A DNA stretch of 64,000 nucleotides from Candidatus Heimdallarchaeota archaeon (GCA_030608385.1 JAUWEG010000001.1:23479-87478); one strand, 5' to 3'. Positions 20,885 through 30,135 are shown, counted from the first letter of the stretch. Numbers and translations: made by a program. The notes: generated by a model from the letters alone, not told the origin.

Positions 20885-21604
20885 TTAATCATTTTTCAAT
20901 AGAAGAAAGAAATTATCTTTTCCACCTCTTCCTCCTAGTTTGGCAAAATCAATAACTGTGTAGTTTGTTGCTGAAACTATTCTCAGTAATTCTTTCTTCC
21001 CAAATAGATGATAATACCTTTCGGCTATTAGCTCTTTTTTCTCATTATACCATGGAAGATAAATGTCCCCATGACGCCACAGTCGATTTTTCCTTTTCTT
21101 AAAGAAATGCAAAAGGAAATCAGAGACTATCTTCTTTCGTGTTCCTTTCTTCCATTTTTTCCAGCAGGATAATATTAGAAACCCTTCTTGTTTCAGAATT
21201 TTAGAGATATTTCTAAGCACAAGTAGCACTTCATCTTCATTCCTAAAATGATGTATTGTAGCGATACACAATGATAGATTAACCGACCTTTCCTTCAAAG
21301 GAATTGAGTTTGCATTGTTATTAAGAGGGTAGACTGTATTGTTTTCTAGAATAACTCTTGAGTCTAATAGCTCAAATGATATATCAGATGCTATGTGTTG
21401 CCAGTTTTGAGATTCAAAAAGCAAGAGATTTCTTGCATTTCCACTTCCAATATCAAGTAATATTCCCTCTGTAGGTAGTGAAAATCGCTTTTTTATGGAT
21501 TCTAAATATCTCTGAAAATCTTTCCAGGGTTTTTTCTTTAGACTACTGTACCTTGGAGAGATTTTTTTGTATGCTTCTATTAATTCAAAATCCAAATCTG
21601 ACAA
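20885..21604 (-). CDS. class I SAM-dependent methyltransferase
   Basis: Motif I LLDIGSGNARN. Rossmann-fold layout. Confidence 0.65.
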   Translation of the reverse strand: MSDLDFELIEAYKKISPRYSSLKKKPWKDFQRYLESIKKRFSLPTEGILLDIGSGNARNLLLFESQNWQHIASDISFELLDSRVILENNTVYPLNNNANSIPLKERSVNLSLCIATIHHFRNEDEVLLVLRNISKILKQEGFLILSCWKKWKKGTRKKIVSDFLLHFFKKRKNRLWRHGDIYLPWYNEKKELIAERYYHLFGKKELLRIVSATNYTVIDFAKLGGRGGKDNFFLLLKND

Positions 21605-21738
21605 TGTATGAATAATAAGGTGCGGTGCTTTATCAATTTTCTTTTTTCTTCACTCCATTCAGCCAAATGAGAAATTTTATATATTTACTTATCTTTACTC
21701 AAAATGAGGGAATAATTGGTTCGTCTCTGGTGAAAAAA

Positions 21739-22689
21739 ATGAAAAAATTAAATGTAGCAGTAATAGGCACTGGTAGTTGGGGTAAGAATCATGCTCGTGT
21801 CTTTACTGAAATGGACAATACAACTCTTGCTGGACTTTTTGACTTAGATCAAAAAAGAGCAAATGAAATGGCTAAATTGTACAACACTAAACTCTATTCG
21901 AGCATTGATGAGATACTTAAGGATGAAAATGTTCATGCAATAACAATCGCATCACCAACTTCAACACATGCTAAGATTGCTATGCAAGCAATAGAAAACG
22001 GAAAGCATGTCTTAATAGAAAAGCCAATGACTAGTACCGTTGAAGAAGCAGAAAAGATAGTTGATTTGGAAAAAAGTTCAAATGTTGTAGTTTCAGTAGG
22101 TTTCATTGAACGATTTAATCCCATAGTATTTAGATCAAGAAAAATAGTTGAAGAAGAAGAATTAGGAGAACTTGTTCTAATCAGTGCAAGACGATTAGGT
22201 CCATACTGGCCAGATAGATTGAAAGATGTAGATGTTATTCGAGATGTAAGTATTCATGATATAGATGCCTTTAGATATATTACTGACAAAGAACCTAAAT
22301 CAGTCTATGCAAGAGGAGGAAAGTTAAGACATACTTATCTTGATTATGCTGAAATTTTGTTAGATTTTGGTAACGGGGTAACTGGCTTTATAGAATCAAA
22401 CTATCTTACTCCTCATAAACTAAGAAAATTAAACTTAACTTGCGAAAAGGGAGTAGTTGAAGCAGATTATATATCACAGGATTATTTAATTGAGGACGAG
22501 GAATGGTTGCGTAATAAGAAGCTTCAATGGAAAGAACCTCTAAGTGCAGAGATGCACGCATTTGCAGAATCTTGTTTAGGAAATGCTCCACCAGTTATAA
22601 CATCAATAGATGGATTAAAGGCTTTGAAAATTGCCATAGCTTCAATTAAAAGTATTGAAGCACATCAAATAGTTGACTTAAATTTTTAA
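21739..22689 (+). CDS. Gfo/Idh/MocA-family NAD(P)-dependent oxidoreductase
   Basis: N-terminal VAVIGTGSWGKNHARV Rossmann motif. The ATG at 21739 is the likely start, so the track's start is upstream of the true one. Confidence 0.75.
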   Translation: MKKLNVAVIGTGSWGKNHARVFTEMDNTTLAGLFDLDQKRANEMAKLYNTKLYSSIDEILKDENVHAITIASPTSTHAKIAMQAIENGKHVLIEKPMTSTVEEAEKIVDLEKSSNVVVSVGFIERFNPIVFRSRKIVEEEELGELVLISARRLGPYWPDRLKDVDVIRDVSIHDIDAFRYITDKEPKSVYARGGKLRHTYLDYAEILLDFGNGVTGFIESNYLTPHKLRKLNLTCEKGVVEADYISQDYLIEDEEWLRNKKLQWKEPLSAEMHAFAESCLGNAPPVITSIDGLKALKIAIASIKSIEAHQIVDLNF

Positions 22690-22729
22690 TGTAATTTAAA
22701 AATAATAAAAAGGGAAGGAGATTTAGGTT

Positions 22730-24193
22730 TTATTTTAAGCCTAAGAATCCCGCTAATGCTGGAACAGTTTCACTTACTTGTTCGCTAGCAAATATCTCAT
22801 AGTATTGACGGAGAATACCCGTTGTTAGCAGAATACCTGTCCCCGTACCTAATGCACCTAGGAAATCCGCAAAGGCAGCTAATACGCCTATGAAGAACCC
22901 TCCTAACCATGCTGCGGTTGGGATATATCTTTCTAGGTATTTTTCTACTATCCTTGGATTTCTTCTAAATCCAGGTATTTGCATATTCGCATCAAGTAAT
23001 TGCTTCGCAACATTTTTTGAACTCATACCTGCCGTATCTATCCAGATCCGTGAGAATATACCACAAAGCGCAATCATCAATATTAGGTAAATTATAGCAT
23101 TTACTGGATACTGCGCTATCTGCTCAGGACCATATGGGGCCGTTGTATACGACGCTAAACCCGTCACAGGTGCTAATTGTTGACTACCCGTACCACCTGA
23201 TATGTCTTCCCACGTACCAAAGAATCTTACTAGAAAATATTTTAATCCAGATGCCGCACTTTTCCAATTATTCCACATCAGATTAGAAATGAAATAAATG
23301 TTTGCAAATAATGCGCTAACTAGAATTACCGGAATGTTTGAAGTATAAAGGAATTTTATTGGGTAACGAGCTGGCATTTTATATTGACTGTGTTGTACTG
23401 GGATTTCAATCTTTATGGAATCAACATAAATTACCACCGCAAATACAACGATCGTAGCTAATAGACCAATCAAATCTGGCGTTCTACCTACTCTACTGAA
23501 CGGTGTTGACAAAGTAGCATTTGGATCATCACTGAATATTGCTTGGAAGAATGCTAGAATACATCCTCTAAACCAGTTAAATCCTCCAGAGGGTTCAGGA
23601 CTAAGACTAAACATTCCATCAAAGATGTTGAACGAAACGCTTGCTGCAATAAAAAGACTGATACCGCTTCCAAGTCCATAGCCTTTTTGGATTATTTCAT
23701 CCATTAATAAAATAATAAACCCAGCTACCAGTAATTGAACCAATATAAGCATTGAAGCTTCAAATCCGATATCTTCTCCATAAGCTCCACCTAAGATATA
23801 AGCAAGAGCTTCAAAGATTGTCATCAATACAGCTAGAATCTTTTGTGTTCCAGTGTATAATGCTCTTTCCTCAGGATTCGAGAAATCAACTTTGATGATT
23901 TGTGAACCCACAAGTAGTTGCATAATCAAACCAGCTGTAACTATGGGACCTATTCCAAGTTCAGCTAGACTTCCTCTTTGGGAAGCTAGAATTGCCCTCA
24001 TCGCAAAAAATGGGTCGGTTCCTTCGTCAGAAGGTACCCCAACTAGAGGAATGTTTAACATCACTAAGTAAAGGGCCAGTATTCCGAAAGTCCAGGCTAT
24101 CTTCCTCTTAAAGGAAGGTTTCCTTGCAGGTTTTTTTACCTCAAGGGTAAAACGTTGAAACGGTTTGAATAGTAGTAGAAACTTTGATGCCAT
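22730..24193 (-). CDS. secY: preprotein translocase subunit SecY
   Basis: 487 aa with 10 TM segments. The N-terminus matches the SecY/Sec61alpha pattern. Confidence 0.9.
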   Translation of the reverse strand: MASKFLLLFKPFQRFTLEVKKPARKPSFKRKIAWTFGILALYLVMLNIPLVGVPSDEGTDPFFAMRAILASQRGSLAELGIGPIVTAGLIMQLLVGSQIIKVDFSNPEERALYTGTQKILAVLMTIFEALAYILGGAYGEDIGFEASMLILVQLLVAGFIILLMDEIIQKGYGLGSGISLFIAASVSFNIFDGMFSLSPEPSGGFNWFRGCILAFFQAIFSDDPNATLSTPFSRVGRTPDLIGLLATIVVFAVVIYVDSIKIEIPVQHSQYKMPARYPIKFLYTSNIPVILVSALFANIYFISNLMWNNWKSAASGLKYFLVRFFGTWEDISGGTGSQQLAPVTGLASYTTAPYGPEQIAQYPVNAIIYLILMIALCGIFSRIWIDTAGMSSKNVAKQLLDANMQIPGFRRNPRIVEKYLERYIPTAAWLGGFFIGVLAAFADFLGALGTGTGILLTTGILRQYYEIFASEQVSETVPALAGFLGLK

Positions 24194-24462
24194 GAAACCA
24201 CCGGTTTGATTTCTAACTCAAAGAAGATGTTTCATTTATGAGTTTTTTTATGTATGTGTATCGATGAGAAGAGATAAAAAATGTCGATGGGGGGTCTCAC
24301 ACTTTATATTTGTTAGTTTCAGCACAAATTAGGACCTATATTGACTGAAGTGATAATTTATTGGTTTCGGAATCTCATGAAATCGTAATAAGATGAAAAA
24401 GAAACATTTTAAAACAAAATAAATGAAGAATGAACGTAAGATATTTATTGTCTATTTGAAAT

Positions 24463-24545
24463 GCCAGGATACTCAAGCGGTATGAGGCTAGATTGGAAAT
24501 CTAGTGCCAGTAGGTTCCGGGGTTCAAATCCCCGTCCTGGCTCCA
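24463..24545 (+). tRNA. tRNA-Ser (anticodon GGA), type II with a long variable arm. Genomically encoded CCA
   Basis: Hand-folded cloverleaf. Acceptor stem GCCAGGA/TCCTGGC. D stem CTCA/TGAG with loop AGCGGTA. Anticodon stem CTAGA/TCTAG with loop TTGGAAA (anticodon GGA). 13-nt variable arm. T stem CGGGG/CCCCG with loop TTCAAAT. Ends TCCA. Confidence 0.8.
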
Positions 24546-24688
24546 CATCTACCTTTGATGTCTCTTCATCATTTTTGTCTTTGAAGCAAATACTTAAAAA
24601 AATCATTTACGCTCACAAGCTAAGGTCATTTGTGCAATTTAGAAAAAGTTGAAAAGCACAAGGCGAAGCTCGAAGGATAAAATCCTGA

Positions 24689-24732
24689 TTCTGAACATTC
24701 AGAAATGAAGAGCATCACAACTTCGGGTTGTG
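24689..24732 (+). promoter_or_regulatory. two perfect hairpins in the rps13 5' leader (TTCTGAA-CA-TTCAGAA and CACAAC-TTCG-GTTGTG)
   Basis: Inverted repeats seen directly in the sequence. The second has a UUCG tetraloop. Both lie 30 to 70 nt upstream of the rps13 start. Confidence 0.3.
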
Positions 24733-24760
24733 GAATAAAAAAAACACAAAGAGTGAAAAT

Positions 24761-25204
24761 ATGTCATTTCGCCATTTAGTTAGGATAAAGTCTACAGATC
24801 TTGAAGGACATCTTCCTGTTTCTATGGGTCTTTCAAGAATAACTGGAATTAGTAATCGATTAGCTCAAGCAATTACAAAAAAATTGAATATTCCTGCATC
24901 AGAACGTATTGGTTTTCTTACCGATGTTAAAATAAAGGAAATAGAAACTGTCATCGGTGATCCCGTTACTGCTGGCATACCAGAATGGTTGGTTAATCGT
25001 AGGAAAGATCGTCAAACCGGTGGTAATATTCACATCACTGAAGCTCAACTTATTTTGCAAACCAAGCAAGATATTGAACGATACATTCGTATACGAAGTC
25101 GTAGAGGAATCAGACACCAATTTAAGCTTAAAGTCAGAGGGCAAAAGACCCGAACCCACGGTAGCAAAGGTACCACGGTGGGTGTTTCAAAGAGGAGAAG
25201 GTAA
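24761..25204 (+). CDS. rps13: ribosomal protein uS13
   Basis: The S13 N-terminus (RIKSTDLEGHLPV ... GISNRLAQ) begins at the internal Met. Confidence 0.85.
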   Translation: MSFRHLVRIKSTDLEGHLPVSMGLSRITGISNRLAQAITKKLNIPASERIGFLTDVKIKEIETVIGDPVTAGIPEWLVNRRKDRQTGGNIHITEAQLILQTKQDIERYIRIRSRRGIRHQFKLKVRGQKTRTHGSKGTTVGVSKRRR

Positions 25205-25214
25205 GGTGAAATGA

Positions 25215-26267
25215 ATGGGTGGAATACGAAGATATAAAAAGAAAATTCTAACACCAGGTCATCCTTATGATAAAGATCGAATTGAACGAGAGTTGCCATT
25301 AGTTGGTGAGTATGGATTACGAAACAAGAAAGAATTATGGAAAGCTAGAACTTTATTATCAAAAGCTCGACAACAAGCTCGTGCTCTTCTAGCTCTAACA
25401 CCTGAAATTAGAGAACAAAGAGCAACTGAATTATTATCCCGTTTAACTCGTTTCGGTATGCTTCCCCAAGGTGGGGATCTCGATTCTGTTCTAGCATTGA
25501 ATGTTAAAACAGTACTAAACCGCAGATTACAAACAGTTGTCTTTAGGAAAGGTTTAGCATCTTCTCCCTATCAAGCTAGACAATTTATTACACATAGACA
25601 CATCGCTCTAAATAGTGCGGTAGTTACAGCTCCTGGAATGCTAGTGAAGATAGATGAAGAAGAACATATTGCTTATGCACCAAGTTCTCCTTTAGTTAAA
25701 CAAGATCATCCTTCAAGACCACAAGCACCACCAACTCAAGTTGAAGAACCTCCTAAAAAGAAAGAAATCCCTAAGGGTAGAGGAAAGCCTAAACCTGAAG
25801 TCAAGCCTAAAGTTGAAGTCAAGCCTAAAGTTGAAGTTAAACCTAAACCTGAAGTCAAACCTAAAGTTGAAGTCAAACCTAAAGTTGAAGTCAAACCTAA
25901 ACCTGAAGTCAAACCTAAAGTTGAAGTTAAACCTAAACCTGAAGTCAAGCCTAAACCTGAAGTCAAGCCTAAACCTGAAGTTAAGCCTAAAACAGCACCT
26001 GAAGCTGCACCAAAGGAAAAACCTCTTGTTAAGAAACCTGCAGAGAAAATACCTATTGCACCAAAAGATGATATTTCATCGATTAAAGGTATTGGTGCTA
26101 AAACAGCAATGCTTCTCAAAGAAAATGGTTTCAACACAGTCGATAAAATTGCTAAAGCTACAGTTGAAGATCTTTCCAAAGTCCCAGGTATTGGTCCTGC
26201 TACTGCTGAAGCTATGAACAAAGAGGCTAAGAATTTGTTAGCCAAAAGTAAGGAGGAAGCTAAGTAG
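25215..26267 (+). CDS. rps4: ribosomal protein uS4 fused through an 11-copy PK(P/V)EVK repeat linker to a C-terminal tandem helix-hairpin-helix domain
   Basis: The first roughly 170 aa are canonical S4 (S4 RNA-binding domain, [10 protein letters not shown]). Then come the [12 protein letters not shown] repeats. The C-terminus has IKGIGAKTA ... [12 protein letters not shown] HhH motifs. Confidence 0.8.
   Translation: MGGIRRYKKKILTPGHPYDKDRIERELPLVGEYGLRNKKELWKARTLLSKARQQARALLALTPEIREQRATELLSRLTRFGMLPQGGDLDSVLALNVKTVLNRRLQTVVFRKGLASSPYQARQFITHRHIALNSAVVTAPGMLVKIDEEEHIAYAPSSPLVKQDHPSRPQAPPTQVEEPPKKKEIPKGRGKPKPEVKPKVEVKPKVEVKPKPEVKPKVEVKPKVEVKPKPEVKPKVEVKPKPEVKPKPEVKPKPEVKPKTAPEAAPKEKPLVKKPAEKIPIAPKDDISSIKGIGAKTAMLLKENGFNTVDKIAKATVEDLSKVPGIGPATAEAMNKEAKNLLAKSKEEAK
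25786..25989. repeat. tandem 18-nt repeat (cctaaa[c/g][c/t]tgaagt[c/t]aag), about 11 copies, coding
   Basis: Seen directly in the sequence. It encodes ([12 protein letters not shown])n inside rps4. No spacers are present, so this is not CRISPR. Confidence 0.85.
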
Positions 26268-26275
26268 GTGATTTT

Positions 26276-27031
26276 ATGAGTGAAGATAAAAAAGAGAAGA
26301 AAGAATCGGCTAAGAAAACTAAGGAAGACGTTGAAACTCCCAAAGTAGAAGAGAAAGTTGAAGCTCCTAAGAAAGAGAAGAAAACTTCCACTACTAAGAA
26401 GCAAGAAAAAACCGAACCTCCTAAAGAAGAAAAGAAAGCCGAACCAAAGAAACCCAAAGAGACCAAAGATAAAAAAGCCAAGGATGAAGCTAAACCTAAG
26501 AAAGAAGAAACTGAAGCTCCTAAAAAGGAAAAATCTAAAACCAAAGAAGAAGCTAAACCCGAAGAAAAGGCTAAATCTGAAGAGAAAGCTGAACCCGAAG
26601 CTAAACCTAAACCTGAATCTGAAGCTAGATCTAGAACAAGAAGAAGAGATTCTAAATACGGTGTAGCTCATATCTTTTCCAGTTACAATGATACTATCGT
26701 TCATATCACCGACATTTCAGGTGCTGAAACATTCAGCCGTAAAAGTGGAGGAATGTTTGTTAAAGCAGACAGAAATGAATCAAGTCCATATGCAGCGATG
26801 AAAGCAGCAAACTCAGCAGCACAAGAAGCGCAAAGTAAAGGAATATATCAGCTGTATGTACGTTATAGGGCACCAGGAGGACATAAGAATAGAACACCTG
26901 GACCAGGAACACAAGCAGCATTAAGGGCGCTAAAAAGATCAGGGATGAGAATATTAAGACTAGAAGATGTAACTCCTTTGCCTCATGATGGCTGTAGACG
27001 CAAAGGTGGCCGTAGAGGCCGCAGAATGTAA
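26276..27031 (+). CDS. rps11: ribosomal protein uS11 with a roughly 120 aa Lys/Glu/Pro-rich N-terminal extension
   Basis: The C-terminal 130 aa are canonical S11 ([20 protein letters not shown] ... [10 protein letters not shown]). The N-terminus is a histone-H1-like KKEK/PKKE low-complexity region. Confidence 0.85.
   Translation: MSEDKKEKKESAKKTKEDVETPKVEEKVEAPKKEKKTSTTKKQEKTEPPKEEKKAEPKKPKETKDKKAKDEAKPKKEETEAPKKEKSKTKEEAKPEEKAKSEEKAEPEAKPKPESEARSRTRRRDSKYGVAHIFSSYNDTIVHITDISGAETFSRKSGGMFVKADRNESSPYAAMKAANSAAQEAQSKGIYQLYVRYRAPGGHKNRTPGPGTQAALRALKRSGMRILRLEDVTPLPHDGCRRKGGRRGRRM
27002..27031 (+). repeat. direct repeat copy 1 (the last 30 nt of rps11 including its stop codon)
   Basis: aaaggtggccgtagaggccgcagaatgtaa. 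It matches 29354..29383 at 27 of 30 positions. Both copies are followed by T-rich tracts. Confidence 0.7.
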
Positions 27032-27075
27032 GTTTTTCTACATTTTTACTCTTTTTTTATTCTGTTTTTAGTTTG
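27032..27075 (+). terminator. T-rich tract downstream of rps11
   Basis: gtttttctacatttttactctttttttattctgtttttag. Confidence 0.3.
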
Positions 27076-27125
27076 ACATTATTGGTCTTTTTATTCCATT
27101 TTCTAGATAATTATATAGGATTTAA

Positions 27126-28307
27126 ATGGCAATAGATGAAAAGAAGAATTTCTCTTGTGAAATTTGTGGTCGTAGCTTTTCAAGAAAAGATGGTTTGTAT
27201 AGACATGTTCGATCAGTTCATTCTGAAACTAAGAAATACAAATGCAAGGATTGCGAGCTCTCTTTTTCTCGTAAAGATACCTTAGATCGTCATGTTAGTG
27301 ATGTTCATAAACAAATACGAAAGCATGTTTGTAATGAATGTGGAGAGAAATTCAAACAACCTGGTGCTCTAAAAAGACATATTCAAACAATGCATGAAAA
27401 AGACGTATTTTATGAGTGTCCACATTGTGATGCAGAGTTTTCTCGAACTGATTCTTTAAACCGTCATATCAATGCAGTTCATCTAAACCTTCGTCCCTAC
27501 ATTTGTAAAGAATGCGGCGCTTCTTTTAAGTTGTCAGGTCATCTTAAGGAGCACATAATATCTGTACATACAAACAAACGAATTCATGTGTGTGAGGAAT
27601 GTGGTTTTGCATTCAAGCTTCGTAGTCAGCTCAAAGATCATATTAGAGTTGTTCATCAAGACTTGCGTCCTCATGTATGTGAAGAATGTGATAAAGAGTT
27701 TCATCATGCAAGAAGTTTGAGGAAACATATAGTATCTGTACATACTGATAATCTTCCATATGTTTGCGAAACCTGTAAGAGGGGTTTTGCCGACCCAAGC
27801 AATCTATATAACCACAAAAAAGCTAATGCTTGCTGGTATACTTCTACTACAGCCTACAAATGGGAGGAATTGTGTAAAGAAATAGCAGAGGTTTTGTTAG
27901 CTGGTTTAGATTGGAAGTGGAAACCTAAGATTGATACTCCTGATATTGAAGAGCAGAGTTGGATTCAACCTGAAATAGTTGTATACTACGAAAATAATAC
28001 AAAAAGAATCATTGATGCTAAGAGATCTACTCTAGCGATATTCAAGGAGAAGGATTTGAAAGTGTATCCAAAAGTGGCTGAGAAGGTGGAGTTTTGGTGT
28101 CTATATGGAAAAGCTGAGGGGATGTTTGAAGAGGAAGAGGAATTTAAAGCAAGAAATAGTGAAGAGATTATTGCTGAGTTAAAGAAGAAGAAATTTGAAG
28201 AGAATCAGAGTTTTGTGGATAACTTGGTAATGAAAATTCAAATGCTGAGAAAAGGATTTGAATTTAAAGAACAAAAAATTCTTGCCAACTTCTCTGAAGA
28301 ACACTAA
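27126..28307 (+). CDS. C2H2 zinc-finger protein with eight tandem fingers plus a roughly 150 aa C-terminal domain
   Basis: Eight C-x2-C-x12-H-x3-5-H units with conserved F/L positions (for example CEICGRSFSRKDGLYRHVRSVH). The last finger is atypical (H ... C). Confidence 0.8.
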   Translation: MAIDEKKNFSCEICGRSFSRKDGLYRHVRSVHSETKKYKCKDCELSFSRKDTLDRHVSDVHKQIRKHVCNECGEKFKQPGALKRHIQTMHEKDVFYECPHCDAEFSRTDSLNRHINAVHLNLRPYICKECGASFKLSGHLKEHIISVHTNKRIHVCEECGFAFKLRSQLKDHIRVVHQDLRPHVCEECDKEFHHARSLRKHIVSVHTDNLPYVCETCKRGFADPSNLYNHKKANACWYTSTTAYKWEELCKEIAEVLLAGLDWKWKPKIDTPDIEEQSWIQPEIVVYYENNTKRIIDAKRSTLAIFKEKDLKVYPKVAEKVEFWCLYGKAEGMFEEEEEFKARNSEEIIAELKKKKFEENQSFVDNLVMKIQMLRKGFEFKEQKILANFSEEH

Positions 28308-28397
28308 GTGAAGATTGACTATTAAATCCTGAGTTTCTTAATTGCTATAAAAGCTGAAAACCTTTAATTTAAAAGTAATAATAGCATATATTTCTAC

Positions 28398-29318
28398 ATG
28401 TTAAACCAATCGAGATTGAGGGTTTTAAAAAAACTTCAAAGCTTTAGATATCCTTCTATTGTTGAAAGCATGATCAGAGAACGTATGGAAAAAATGAAAT
28501 ATTCCGAAATTCATGAAGGTGAATCTCATGCTCATCTCTGTTATAAAAGATTACAGGAATATGAAGTAAACATATTGCGATTGAAAGAAATACGTGAGAA
28601 GTTAGAACAAGAAAGAAAACTTGTTCTATCATTTTCCCTAAATGATTCAGAAGAAGAGATAATTGAACGAATACGGGAACTTAAGGAAAATGTTCAAACA
28701 AAGGAATCTAAAATAAAAGCAAAAGTTTCTTTACCTAAAACAGATGAAGAGATAAAAGAACTTACTGATGAAATTTCTTTATATTTCTCACAAGGATATG
28801 AGATGTACAAAACATCAATTGATGCAGATGTTAGTACTAGTCCCATTGTAGAATATTATGCAATGTTACAAATTATTAAAGCATTCATCTTACTTGAACT
28901 TGAAGTAGATACTCAAGAATTTCTTGGTGCTCATGGTTTAGAGAGAAAGAAAAATATAAACGATAACACAATATTTCAAGTGAAAACAAAAACTCATGGG
29001 GTTTTTGCTGCCTTATTACTACGTACAACTTCTTTTACAATAGAAGAGGATGGAACTCATACAAGTGAGTTACACAAATATTATACCGATTATTATCCAA
29101 AATTTGAGGACTTTGTTAATAAAAAGTTACCATATTTTAGAATTCCTGACACCTTCATTTTTCTATGGATTTTATCTGAAATAGCTCGATATCAACCACA
29201 GAAATGGAGAGAAATTTGCTCAGGAGTAAAAAACAATTGGATTGATAAAATAGATCTATTCAGAGAAGAAGCGGTACCAAAACTTTTCTTTGATTTACTT
29301 GAATATCATTGCAAATAA
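28398..29318 (+). CDS. hypothetical coiled-coil/helical protein (306 aa)
   Basis: Intact ORF that is the second gene of the repeat-flanked island. No recognisable motif. Confidence 0.4.
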   Translation: MLNQSRLRVLKKLQSFRYPSIVESMIRERMEKMKYSEIHEGESHAHLCYKRLQEYEVNILRLKEIREKLEQERKLVLSFSLNDSEEEIIERIRELKENVQTKESKIKAKVSLPKTDEEIKELTDEISLYFSQGYEMYKTSIDADVSTSPIVEYYAMLQIIKAFILLELEVDTQEFLGAHGLERKKNINDNTIFQVKTKTHGVFAALLLRTTSFTIEEDGTHTSELHKYYTDYYPKFEDFVNKKLPYFRIPDTFIFLWILSEIARYQPQKWREICSGVKNNWIDKIDLFREEAVPKLFFDLLEYHCK

Positions 29319-29353
29319 TCCATCAATCAATTTAGTTTCTACTTTGTAATTTC

Positions 29354-29383
29354 AAAAGTGGTCGTAGAGGCCGTAGAATGTAA
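29354..29383 (+). repeat. direct repeat copy 2 (degenerate copy of the rps11 3' end)
   Basis: aaaagtggtcgtagaggccgtagaatgtaa, with 3 mismatches to 27002..27031. Confidence 0.7.
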
Positions 29384-29443
29384 TTTTGTTCTTTTCTCAT
29401 TTTTTATTTTTCTTTTATTTTTACTTAGGTATAATTTTGTTGT

Positions 29444-30007
29444 TTATTCTTCTTCCTCATCTTCATTTTTGCTATCTTCATCAAACATTTCTATTGTCAG
29501 GTCAATATTTAATTTCTTCATGGTCTCTTCGGAAATTTTTCCCTTGCTATTTGATGCAAGAACAATCAACCCCCCATAATCCTCTATTCTCTGAAGTAGA
29601 GAATTAGTTTCGATATTAGCATATCTATCATGAGCATCTGTTATTTCAGTTCTCTTGCCAAAAAGTGCATCTGCTTCGTCAAAGAACAAGATCCAATCTT
29701 TGTTCTCAGCTTTGGAAAACAGTTTGTTTAAGTTCTTTTCAGTTTCACCAATATACTTGTTAAGAATAGAAGCAAGGTCCACGCGGAAAAGAGGATAATC
29801 TAATCTCACATCTAAATATTGAGTCATCGTCTTCCCTTCTGAAGATTTTCCAATAAGCAAAATCCTATAATTTTTGTCAAGATATTCTGATATGTTTTCC
29901 ACAATTTCATTTAATTGGAATTGGACTTCTGATGGCAAAACAATTTTTCTTGCAGCCTTTCTCTTCCAAAATGGGGTTATTCTCTGTATCATTCGTTTCT
30001 GTAGCAT
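29444..30007 (-). CDS. small stand-alone AAA-type ATPase
   Basis: Walker A GKSSEGKT and Walker B ILFFDEAD. The C-terminal tail is acidic. Confidence 0.6.
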   Translation of the reverse strand: MLQKRMIQRITPFWKRKAARKIVLPSEVQFQLNEIVENISEYLDKNYRILLIGKSSEGKTMTQYLDVRLDYPLFRVDLASILNKYIGETEKNLNKLFSKAENKDWILFFDEADALFGKRTEITDAHDRYANIETNSLLQRIEDYGGLIVLASNSKGKISEETMKKLNIDLTIEMFDEDSKNEDEEEE

Positions 30008-30135
30008 AGATAAAAGTCATGCTAAAACCATTTAAATCTAATCAAGATACAAGAAAAAAATAGAATATCCCAATCAGATAGAATTGAATAATTTTAAATA
30101 ATTCCAAACTAGGTTGGTTTTGTTTGTGATAACTT

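Noticed and set aside
24463-24545. tRNA-Leu instead of tRNA-Ser
   Set aside because: The anticodon loop reads TTGGAAA, giving anticodon GGA (Ser). The type II variable arm fits Ser. The discriminator is U rather than the usual G, which is noted but is not enough to change the call.
25786-25989. Possible CRISPR array (short regular repeats)
   Set aside because: The 18-nt units are contiguous with no spacers and lie in-frame inside rps4, encoding PKxEVK. Not CRISPR.
25736-26704. 322 aa minus-strand ORF, together with the 25741..26217 and 26358..26666 ORFs on the plus strand
   Set aside because: Alternative-frame or antisense readings of the K/E/P repeat-encoding regions of rps4 and rps11. Their low-complexity SLK/GLTS repeats mirror the 18-nt DNA repeat. 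The in-frame r-protein reading is clearly the real one.
29358-29607. 73 aa plus-strand ORFs starting at the rps11-like repeat
   Set aside because: They begin inside the degenerate rps11 3' repeat in a different frame and run through a T-rich tract. They overlap the AAA ATPase 3' end, so they are spurious.
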